A stretch of DNA of 64,000 bases from Blastocatellia bacterium (GCA_025057015.1 JANWYG010000008.1:15848-79847); one strand, 5' to 3'; numbered from the stretch's first letter, positions 6,914 through 14,121 are shown. The notes: generated by a model not told the origin, from the letters alone. Numbers and translations are program-made.

Positions 6914-9550
6914 GTGATGTCAGAAGGAATCCAGCAGATATGGAGAGTGTGCGAGCTACATTCAGATGTTTTGGCTCATGATCTTGCTCCATCGTCATTT
7001 GCTATTAGTTTGCACCATGTAGAACAAGGTACAGCTGATAGGGATTATGCTGATCCAGAGCGGTTTTTCCAGAAAACTTTTATAACTGCGAGTCTAGGCA
7101 GGCTTTTGGAAGGGGTACTGGCACGCCTTGCTGGTGTAGAAAGGCAAGGTGCACCTATCTTGCAGTTGGAGACACATTTTGGTGGCGGCAAGACCCATGC
7201 GATGACGGCGATATTTCACTTGGTACGTCATCCAGAAGTTGCTGAAGGGGAGAAAGCTTTCCAGCCTATCTTGGCAAACCTCAACATTCGCGCTATCCCC
7301 CGCAATATTAGAGTGGCAATACTTGATGGGCGAGGCTTAGATGTTCGAGAGCGGCGACCTGAACGAGGGATAGTTATTCGAACTCTCTGGGGTGAATTAG
7401 GCTACCGATTAGGACAAAAAGAAGGCTACGCGTTAATGGCAGATGCTGATAGAGAGCGTCTCGCTCCTGGTAGCGAGGTGCTGACCGAGTTTCTTAGACA
7501 CTATCAACCTTTTGTTATCCTGATGGATGAAGTTTTGGAGTACTTGGTCAAGGCTCGCAGCGTTAAGGTTGGAGATAGCAGTCTTATGGAACAAACAGGC
7601 ACTTTTCTAGCTGCATTGACTGCAGCAGTGAGTACATGCTCTCGTGGTGTGCTTATTGCATCTTTGCCTGCTTCCTCGCTAGAAGTTCCGGCTGAAAGTA
7701 GCGAAGCTGCTAGAAGGCTGTTTCAATATGCAAAGAAAGTGTTGGGTCGATTGGAGTTGATAGAGGTGCCAGTGGCTCAAGACGAGATATTTGGAGTTTT
7801 GCGAAAGAGACTGTTTAGTGATATCGGCAATGAGCGCAAGCGCGAGAAGGCTGTTGATGCGCTGCAAGGTTACTACAACAAGTACGCTCACTTTTTCCCA
7901 AAGCGACTCTGTTCACTTGAGTACAAGAAGCGGATGCTTTTGGCTTATCCTTTTCATCCTGTACTAATCGACCTGCTTTATGAGCGCTGGGGACTACAGC
8001 CACAGTTTCAACGGACAAGAGGGATTTTGAGGCTTCTAGCTTTGGTATTGCGTCATTTATGGCGGCATCGTCCTAACTCAGCTCTTCTTGTCCAGCCGCA
8101 TCACCTCGACTTTTCCGATCCCCAGATTCGTGGAGAGATTGTGAAACTCCTAGGTAGCTGCTTTGAACCCGTCATTGTGGGTGATATTTTGCGGAGGGCT
8201 GCTGAGGTAGAACAGAAATTGGGCGGTGATTATGATTTGGAGGCATTAGGCAAGGGCGCTGCTACTTGCGCTTTGCTTTACGGCATTTCGGCAGATGCCT
8301 GGGCTGTCGGGGCAACAGAAGAGGAGATCAGTACTGCTTTACTGAGACCTGACGTCAATCCTGCAATGGTTTCAGAGGTGTTAGGACGGCTGCGCGAAGA
8401 GCTTTGGTATCTTCGTTGCCGTGACAAGCGATATTACTTCACTGCTAGGCCTAACCTTAACAAGATAATCTTAGACTATGAGAGTACCTGTGAGGAAAAG
8501 AGATTAGAACAAGAGTTTGACATTTGGCTACGGCGAGTTGCTGGCAGAAATGAAGGGACATTTCAAGTTGTCGTTGCTACTTTAGAGCCAACGGCCGTGC
8601 CGGACTACCCACGTCCGACACTAGTGGTGCTCAGGCCTGAGGTTGAGAACGACCGAGAATGGATGAAGAAAGCGGTGCAGTATGCAGGCAAAGCCATCCG
8701 CAAGCATAAAAACATGCTAATCTTCTTGGCAGCCTTGCGGGATACCTTTGAAGCGATCCGAAGCGTTCTTAAACGGTGGTGGGCACTTCAATATGTCAGT
8801 AACTCTTGTTTATTCAAGGACTTAAGCAATGAAGACAAAGAGCAGCTCAAAGAGCAGTTGAAAGACAAGGAGGCAGAGCTGGAGACTTTGCTGTTGAAGA
8901 CTTACGCTCGTCTTTACCGTCCGACTTGTGATGGTGTGGAAGAGGTTCTACTGCGTCAAACATCCGAGACGTTCAAGGTAAAGACCTTAAGTCAAATTGT
9001 TGAGTTAGCGTTAAAACAAGAGGGCATCTTGTCGGAAGCGTTATCTCCCGAATTTCTTGTAGCGAGTTTACAAAGCATTTTGGAGCAGCGGAGAGAAGTT
9101 TCCTTACAGCAGGTAGAGATGTTACTTACTAGTGTTCCAGGGAAGCCGATAGTAAAAGATCCTCGAAGGGCATTAACCCGGGCTATTCAGGAAGGAGTGC
9201 GGAAAGGCATTTTTGGCATTCGCATTGGTGACAAGGTTTGTATCGATGAAGAGATTCCGGCAGGTAAGCTTCGTGGACCGAATATAGCTGTTGTTCCACT
9301 TAGTACACCACCTCTACCGTCTCTTCGGCCGACACAACCTCTAACTTTGCGCGTTCGGACAGTTACGCGGATGCTTTACCCGTTGTTGCAAGCAGCGGAC
9401 AAACTGAGGGGAGTAGAAGCATCTGTGGTGTTGGAAGTTCAAGATCAGGCAGGAGGAGAGCTGGCAAAGATACGCGAGGAATTAGACAAGCTCTTCCGAG
9501 ATTATAATTGCACTGTGGAGTGGCGGGAAGAGACATCTGAAAACTGCTAA
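6914..9550 (+). CDS. DUF499-type (COG1483-like) P-loop ATPase
   Basis: Walker A-like LETHFGGGKTHAMTA lies at nt 7178-7195. Walker B is PFVILMDEVLEY (nt 7514-7534). The N-terminal block DPERFFQKTFITASL..LL is typical of DUF499 as I recall it. The start is GTG 6914 or ATG 6917, with a gagagg RBS-like site upstream. Confidence 0.8.
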   Translation: MMSEGIQQIWRVCELHSDVLAHDLAPSSFAISLHHVEQGTADRDYADPERFFQKTFITASLGRLLEGVLARLAGVERQGAPILQLETHFGGGKTHAMTAIFHLVRHPEVAEGEKAFQPILANLNIRAIPRNIRVAILDGRGLDVRERRPERGIVIRTLWGELGYRLGQKEGYALMADADRERLAPGSEVLTEFLRHYQPFVILMDEVLEYLVKARSVKVGDSSLMEQTGTFLAALTAAVSTCSRGVLIASLPASSLEVPAESSEAARRLFQYAKKVLGRLELIEVPVAQDEIFGVLRKRLFSDIGNERKREKAVDALQGYYNKYAHFFPKRLCSLEYKKRMLLAYPFHPVLIDLLYERWGLQPQFQRTRGILRLLALVLRHLWRHRPNSALLVQPHHLDFSDPQIRGEIVKLLGSCFEPVIVGDILRRAAEVEQKLGGDYDLEALGKGAATCALLYGISADAWAVGATEEEISTALLRPDVNPAMVSEVLGRLREELWYLRCRDKRYYFTARPNLNKIILDYESTCEEKRLEQEFDIWLRRVAGRNEGTFQVVVATLEPTAVPDYPRPTLVVLRPEVENDREWMKKAVQYAGKAIRKHKNMLIFLAALRDTFEAIRSVLKRWWALQYVSNSCLFKDLSNEDKEQLKEQLKDKEAELETLLLKTYARLYRPTCDGVEEVLLRQTSETFKVKTLSQIVELALKQEGILSEALSPEFLVASLQSILEQRREVSLQQVEMLLTSVPGKPIVKDPRRALTRAIQEGVRKGIFGIRIGDKVCIDEEIPAGKLRGPNIAVVPLSTPPLPSLRPTQPLTLRVRTVTRMLYPLLQAADKLRGVEASVVLEVQDQAGGELAKIREELDKLFRDYNCTVEWREETSENC

Positions 9551-9660
9551 GTTTGGAGCTTCCAGTTTTACTAAGTTGGAGAGTGCAGCGATCTTTCGCA
9601 GGTATAGAATGGATTGAAGCCGTCGATGTCCACAGCGTGGCCTCAATGTTATGAGTTTTT

Positions 9661-9687
9661 GTGCAGCAACAAAGTGCTGTGCTTTTT
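9661..9687 (+). terminator. Candidate intrinsic terminator about 110 nt after the ATPase stop
   Basis: The sequence is gtgcagca-acaaag-tgctgtgc: an 8-bp stem including 2 G:U pairs and a 6-nt loop, followed by ttttt. It is a weak stem. Confidence 0.4.
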
Positions 9688-9729
9688 CGGCATTCGCAGT
9701 AAATGTTTTTATGTGTTGTAGCGATCTTA

Positions 9730-9773
9730 ATAAGTAGTTGCTTACTCTGCTATAAGTAGTTGCTTACTCTGCT
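9730..9773 (+). repeat. Perfect 22-bp tandem duplication (ataagtagttgcttactctgct x2)
   Basis: Read directly from the sequence: 9730-9751 is identical to 9752-9773. Confidence 0.95.
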
Positions 9774-10004
9774 GCTCGTAGGAGGCAATCTCGTTTGCAT
9801 AGTAACCTAATACTCTTTCGGCTAATGAACATGCAGATTGACCAAAGTAGGCAGTGACATCTGGGAAGGGCTCTGTCCTGCTGCCTGCTGTAAGCTAGTA
9901 GGCGAGGCTCGAGGCTGCGAACGAAGGGCCTGCTGAGTTGCTAATAAACCGATTAGCGAATCTACTTCGTAATGTATGTAATTAGAAGCTCTCCAATAAT
10001 GAGC

Positions 10005-10033
10005 TTGACGATGCTACTAGCGTCATATATAAA
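10005..10033 (+). promoter_or_regulatory. Sigma70-like promoter candidate for the Cys-repeat peptide gene
   Basis: ttgacg (10005-10010), a 17-nt spacer, then tataaa (10028-10033). It lies about 70 nt upstream of the ATG. A strong SD, aggagg, sits at 10090-10095. Confidence 0.45.
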
Positions 10034-10102
10034 GACGCTTACCGTACTCTGACTTCAGAAAATGGATTGCGTATATAAAATAATCTAGTAGGAGGAAAGT
10101 TC

Positions 10103-10579
10103 ATGAATCGCAGAGACTTTGCTAAGACAATACTCGGAGCTGCTTTTGCTGGAATAGTGGCAGGAACTGTGTCAGCAGAAGACAAGAAGCCGGAAGAGAA
10201 GAAGGAAGAAAAGAAAGCTGGTCATAGCTGTAGAGGTGAGAAGGCCTCTTGTAAAGGTGAGAAGAAGGCTTCGTGCAAGGGTGAGAAGGCCTCTTGTAAG
10301 GGCGAGAAGGCTTCGTGCAAGGGCGAGAAGGCTTCGTGCAAGGGCGAGAAGGCTTCGTGCAAGGGTGAGAAGGCCTCTTGCAAGGGCGAGAAGGCTTCGT
10401 GCAAGGGTGAGAAGGCCTCTTGCAAGGGCGAGAAGGCTTCGTGCAAGGGTGAGAAGGCCTCTTGTAAGGGCGAGAAGGCTTCGTGCAAGGGTGAGAAGGC
10501 CTCTTGCAAGGGCGAGAAGGCTTCGTGCAAGGGTGAGAAGGCCTCTTGTAAGACTAAGGATAGCTGTAAGTCGGTGTAG
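10103..10579 (+). CDS. Secreted Cys-repeat peptide or small protein (158 aa): Tat-type signal plus 15 CKGEKAS-like heptads; candidate MNIO substrate (RiPP precursor)
   Basis: MNRRDFAKTILGAAFAGIVAGTVSA carries RRxFxK, a hydrophobic core and VSA. A KE-rich spacer follows. Then come CRGEKAS, CKGEKKAS, 13x CKGEKAS, CKTKDS and CKSV, giving 17 Cys. It has a strong SD and lies directly upstream of DUF692/DUF2063 genes. Confidence 0.8.
   Translation: MNRRDFAKTILGAAFAGIVAGTVSAEDKKPEEKKEEKKAGHSCRGEKASCKGEKKASCKGEKASCKGEKASCKGEKASCKGEKASCKGEKASCKGEKASCKGEKASCKGEKASCKGEKASCKGEKASCKGEKASCKGEKASCKGEKASCKTKDSCKSV
10229..10546 (+). repeat. In-frame 21-bp tandem repeat (15 units) encoding the Cys heptads, built from two synonymous unit types
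   Basis: Unit A is aag ggt gag aag gcc tct tgY. Unit B is aag ggc gag aag gct tcg tgc. The order along the array is A, KK-variant, A, B, B, B, A, B, A, B, A, B, A, B, A. Confidence 0.95.
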
Positions 10580-10596
10580 TTTATTCTTTGTTGTGT

Positions 10597-10642
10597 AAAG
10601 GTCGAAGGGAAGTATTTAAAGTTCTTCGACCTTTACTTTTTT
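10597..10642 (+). terminator. Intrinsic terminator or attenuator between the peptide gene and the DUF692 gene
   Basis: aaaggtcgaag (10597-10607) pairs perfectly with cttcgaccttt (10624-10634) across a 16-nt loop, followed by acttttttg. Confidence 0.55.
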
Positions 10643-10655
10643 GAGGTTTTTGCTT

Positions 10656-11498
10656 ATGACGAATCGTTGGAATTTACCTGACTTAGGTCTAGGCGTTGGG
10701 CTTAGGACTGTTCATTATCAGCATATTCTTTCGAACTATCCTAGAGTGGACTGGTTTGAGATCATTTCCGAGAATTTTCTAGATACAGAAGGGCGGCCAA
10801 TGTATGTTCTCGATCAGGTAGCTGAGCGTTATCCCGTGGTGATGCATGGTGTGTCGATGTCTATAGGTAGTACGGATCCGATCAATTTTGAGTATTTGAG
10901 GAAGTTAAAAGCACTCGCAAAGCGGATCAATGCTCCTTGGGTTTCAGATCATCTTTGTTGGACTGGAGTTAGCGGCAAAAACGTACATGATCTTTTGCCT
11001 ATGCCATATAACGAGGAGTCACTCAAGCATACTGTTGAGAGGGTCAAGATAGTCTCAGACTTTTTGGAGCGCCCCTTGGTATTGGAGAATCCGTCGTCAT
11101 ATATAGAATTTGCTAACAGCAGTATGACCGAGTGGGATTTTTTAGCTGCGCTGTTAGAAGAAGCGGACTGTGGAATGTTGCTTGATATAAACAACGTCTA
11201 TGTGAGTTCGTTTAACCACTCGTTTGATCCCAAGCGATATATAGACGCTATACCTGCTGATCGGGTAGTTCAGTATCATTTAGCTGGTCATACGAGCTAT
11301 GGCACGCACATTATAGATACGCACAGCGACTATGTGATAGACGAGGTATGGGGTCTTTATAAGTATGCGAACGAGGTCATAGGCAGTAGGGCGACGTTGT
11401 TAGAGTGGGATGACGACATACCTGATTTCGACACTGTGCATAACGAAGTGCTTAAGGCGCAGGAATATAAGAAGCAGGGGGTTCTTGTCTATGGTTAG
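10656..11498 (+). CDS. DUF692 / MNIO family (multinuclear non-heme iron oxidative) peptide-modifying enzyme, MbnB/BufB/HvfB-like
   Basis: Family blocks are present: LGLGVGLR..H, DWFEIISENF, VMHGVSMSIGS, WVSDHLCW, DLLPMPY, LVLENPSSY, MLLDINNVYVS and YHLAGHT. I prefer ATG at 10656 (MTNRWN...) over the track's TTG at 10641, which lies inside the terminator tail. Confidence 0.85.
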   Translation: MTNRWNLPDLGLGVGLRTVHYQHILSNYPRVDWFEIISENFLDTEGRPMYVLDQVAERYPVVMHGVSMSIGSTDPINFEYLRKLKALAKRINAPWVSDHLCWTGVSGKNVHDLLPMPYNEESLKHTVERVKIVSDFLERPLVLENPSSYIEFANSSMTEWDFLAALLEEADCGMLLDINNVYVSSFNHSFDPKRYIDAIPADRVVQYHLAGHTSYGTHIIDTHSDYVIDEVWGLYKYANEVIGSRATLLEWDDDIPDFDTVHNEVLKAQEYKKQGVLVYG

Positions 11499-12339
11499 TG
11501 AGATTCCGCTTGCTGTAATGCAGCAGTGGATGCAGGCAGTAATAATGGCCAAGGGAGATGATCTCGAGGCGATACATTCACCGGAAGCGACTAAGTTTCT
11601 TTCACCACAACAAGTAGAGTATTTTATCTTGCCGTCCAGAACGCTTGAGCCTATCGAGCGTTTGCACATTTACCGAAGGATGTATATCTTGAGGTTGTGT
11701 GAAGCATTGGCTTCGGATTTTGAAGCATTTAGCGACTATGTTGGTAAGGACAAGTTTGAAGAGTTAGTTACTGACTACGTAGCTATTTATCCTTCTACGA
11801 GTTACAGCCTAAACCCACTTAGTTACCGGTTTCCTGAGTTTCTACGCTCTCGCAAAGATATTGAGCCGAAGCGGTTTCTTGTAGAGCTTGCTGAGTTAGA
11901 GCTTGCTATAACTCAAGTTTTCGACATGCCACAAAGTCCGTTGTTATCTTCAGAGCAGGTTAGTGCGGTACCGCCCGAAGCCTGGGAGAGGGTGATTCTT
12001 CGCCCGATCAAGGCATTGCGACTGCTGAAGTTTGACTATCCTGTAAATGACTACCTTACTGCTTTTAGGAACGAAAGCGTGCTACCGGAGATACGTAGAA
12101 AGAACAACTATGTACTAGTATATCGTCCTGGCTATAGTATGAGGCGTGAGTCATTAAGCAGGCAGGCATATTTGCTGTTGAGGCACTTACTAGATGGTAA
12201 GCCGATAGCTCTTGCTATAGAGAGTTGTATTGGGCAGGGCGTTAGCAGGAAGCTCTTACAGGAGAAGCTATTTTACTGGTTTAGGGATTGGGTGGCCTCT
12301 GGGGTATTTAGCTCTTTGGAGTGTTCAGCTAGAGATTAG
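11491..12339 (+). CDS. DUF2063-type partner protein (MbnC/BufC/HvfC-like peptide-binding subunit)
   Basis: Its position immediately after DUF692 is the canonical pairing. The start ATG at 11491 overlaps the DUF692 stop by 8 nt (atggttag). Size is about 280 aa. The domain call rests mainly on context and general N-terminal resemblance. Confidence 0.65.
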   Translation: MVSEIPLAVMQQWMQAVIMAKGDDLEAIHSPEATKFLSPQQVEYFILPSRTLEPIERLHIYRRMYILRLCEALASDFEAFSDYVGKDKFEELVTDYVAIYPSTSYSLNPLSYRFPEFLRSRKDIEPKRFLVELAELELAITQVFDMPQSPLLSSEQVSAVPPEAWERVILRPIKALRLLKFDYPVNDYLTAFRNESVLPEIRRKNNYVLVYRPGYSMRRESLSRQAYLLLRHLLDGKPIALAIESCIGQGVSRKLLQEKLFYWFRDWVASGVFSSLECSARD

Positions 12340-12358
12340 GATAGGGTTTAAGGTAAGG

Positions 12359-13195
12359 TTAGGTAGATTTTGGATCGCACAAACTTCCTTCAAATACAAT
12401 CTCGGCAGGACCTTGAAAACAGAGTTGTTCATCGCTGTCGAGAGCTATCGTAAGAGTTCCGGCAGGCATTTCTACTTTGACTGGAGGCGTGACTAAGCCT
12501 TTGAGGATTGCTGCCATAGCAGCAGCAGAAGCTCCAGTGCCTGAAGATGCCGTAATGCCTACGCCTCGTTCCCATAGTCGCACTTCTATACTGGTGGAAG
12601 AGTTTGTTTTCCTTATGAACTCGACGTTAGTACGCGAGGGGAAAAGAGGATGCTGTTCTAGCTGGGTGCCTATAGTTTTCCAGTCGAAGTTAAAATCCTC
12701 TACGAAAACACAGCAGTGGGGATTGCCTACAGAAAGTGCCGTGACGAGTACTTGTCCCGAAGGCAGTTGAACGGGGTAATCTATTACGCGTTCGAGCGAG
12801 TCAGGTAGTGCTATGGGTATTAGAGAAGGTGTGAAGGTCGGTTTGCCGATAGTTACTTGGAACTGGTAAGTATAGTTGTTATTAGAGATGAGTTTGAGTG
12901 TTTTTTTTCCCGTGGGCGTCGTTATATCTAGCGATGGAGTTTTGCCATATTTATGGCAGATAAATGCCGCTACGCAGCGAATGCCGTTGCCGGACATTTC
13001 TGCTTCGCTGCCGTCAGCATTGAAGATTTTCATTTGCCATCCTTCCTCGAGTCGCTTTACTACAAGTAATCCGTCAGCACCGACGCCAGTATGTCTGAGG
13101 CAGAGCCTACGTGCTAGCCCTGGATAGTCTACGGAGTCATCTTGCTCGAGGACTATAAAGTCGTTTGCTAGGCCGTGTATCTTGACGAATTTCAT
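12359..13195 (-). CDS. dapF: Diaminopimelate epimerase homolog with both catalytic Cys positions occupied by Ser
   Basis: Colinear with E. coli DapF as I recall it: MKFVKIHGLANDF, RHTGVGADGLLVV, IFNADGSEAEMSGNG, GNPHC, ERGVGITASSGTGA. I prefer the start at 13195 (MKFVK), which forms an ATGA overlap with the upstream kinase stop. Confidence 0.85.
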   Translation of the reverse strand: MKFVKIHGLANDFIVLEQDDSVDYPGLARRLCLRHTGVGADGLLVVKRLEEGWQMKIFNADGSEAEMSGNGIRCVAAFICHKYGKTPSLDITTPTGKKTLKLISNNNYTYQFQVTIGKPTFTPSLIPIALPDSLERVIDYPVQLPSGQVLVTALSVGNPHCCVFVEDFNFDWKTIGTQLEQHPLFPSRTNVEFIRKTNSSTSIEVRLWERGVGITASSGTGASAAAMAAILKGLVTPPVKVEMPAGTLTIALDSDEQLCFQGPAEIVFEGSLCDPKST

Positions 13196-14121
13196 ACACT
13201 TTTGCGTTCGAATTCTATCTCTTCGAAGTGCATTATGCGCTTGAAGTATTTGAAACGTTCGTTTATCTCGCGATAAGTAAGACGAAGCATTCGATCGCAA
13301 CCGAACTCTTCCACGTTGAATGAAGCCATAACGGAAGCATAAATCATGGCTCTGCGCATGTCATTTTCGTCTGTGGAATTAACAGCTGCCAGGTATCCTA
13401 TGAAACCCCCGGCAAAAGTATCACCGGCACCGGTTGGATCGAAGACGTCTTCTGTAGGAAATGCTGGCATAGCAAAGTAGGACTCTTGGGAGAACATAGC
13501 TGCACCGTATTCACCTCTTTTGACGACGAGGCGCTTTGGACCGAAGGAGAGAATCTTTCTAGCTGCTTTTATAAGGTTAGCTTCGCGGGCGAGTTCTCGT
13601 GCTTCTTCGTCGTTAATAATTAGGAGATCTACAAATTGTAATAACTCTCGTAGTTCGTCAGGAGTACTTTCTATCCAGTAGTTCATAGTGTCGAGCGCAG
13701 TAAATCTCGGGCGAGTGTTCTTAAAAACCTCCAGTTGAAGTTTAGGGCTGATGTTTCCTAGGAACAAGAAGGGAGTATCTTTAAATTCCTCTGGAATTTT
13801 GGGATCGAAGTCGGCAAAAACGTTGAGGTGAGTGTAGATTGTCTCCCGCGTATTGAGATCATATCCGTATTTACCTTTCCATCTGAAAGTCTTGCCTGGT
13901 CTACGTTCTAAGCCGGCTGTATTGATCTTGCGAGACTTAAAGACTGCTAACTGCTCGTCTGTGAAGTCTTCACCTACCACTGCAACGACATTGACCGAAG
14001 TGAAAAAAGACGCTGCTATAGCAAAATGAGTACACGAGCCGCCGAGTATCTGCTCGCGGCTGCCGAAGGGCGTTTCTACGGCGTCAAAAGCTATCGACCC
14101 AACTGCTAATATAGACATCAA
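13192..14121 (-). CDS. PfkB-family carbohydrate/nucleoside kinase
   Basis: Has the C-terminal DPTGAGDTFAGGF motif, an N-terminal GG dipeptide region and a ribokinase-like length. Confidence 0.8.
   Translation of the reverse strand: MMSILAVGSIAFDAVETPFGSREQILGGSCTHFAIAASFFTSVNVVAVVGEDFTDEQLAVFKSRKINTAGLERRPGKTFRWKGKYGYDLNTRETIYTHLNVFADFDPKIPEEFKDTPFLFLGNISPKLQLEVFKNTRPRFTALDTMNYWIESTPDELRELLQFVDLLIINDEEARELAREANLIKAARKILSFGPKRLVVKRGEYGAAMFSQESYFAMPAFPTEDVFDPTGAGDTFAGGFIGYLAAVNSTDENDMRRAMIYASVMASFNVEEFGCDRMLRLTYREINERFKYFKRIMHFEEIEFERKSV

Noticed and set aside
2545-10102. Search for integrase, transposase, restriction endonuclease, helicase or DUF3780-like gene associated with the methylase/ATPase pair
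   Set aside because: No ORF of adequate length or recognisable motif exists in the flanks. Absence is noted in the findings, but no such feature can be called.
10222-10598. Track ORFs 10222..10530 (-) and 10236..10598 (+), repetitive HEAFSPL and RRLRARV proteins
   Set aside because: These are shadow frames of the 21-bp coding repeat. Only the 10103 frame has a signal peptide, a strong SD and a non-repetitive N- and C-terminus.
13196-13300. 35-codon N-terminal extension of the dapF-like ORF in the track; similar extensions exist at 10641, 11410, 22672, 45076 and 54676
   Set aside because: Homology begins at internal Met codons that also create classic stop/start overlaps or follow signal-peptide logic. 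The extensions overlap upstream genes or terminators.
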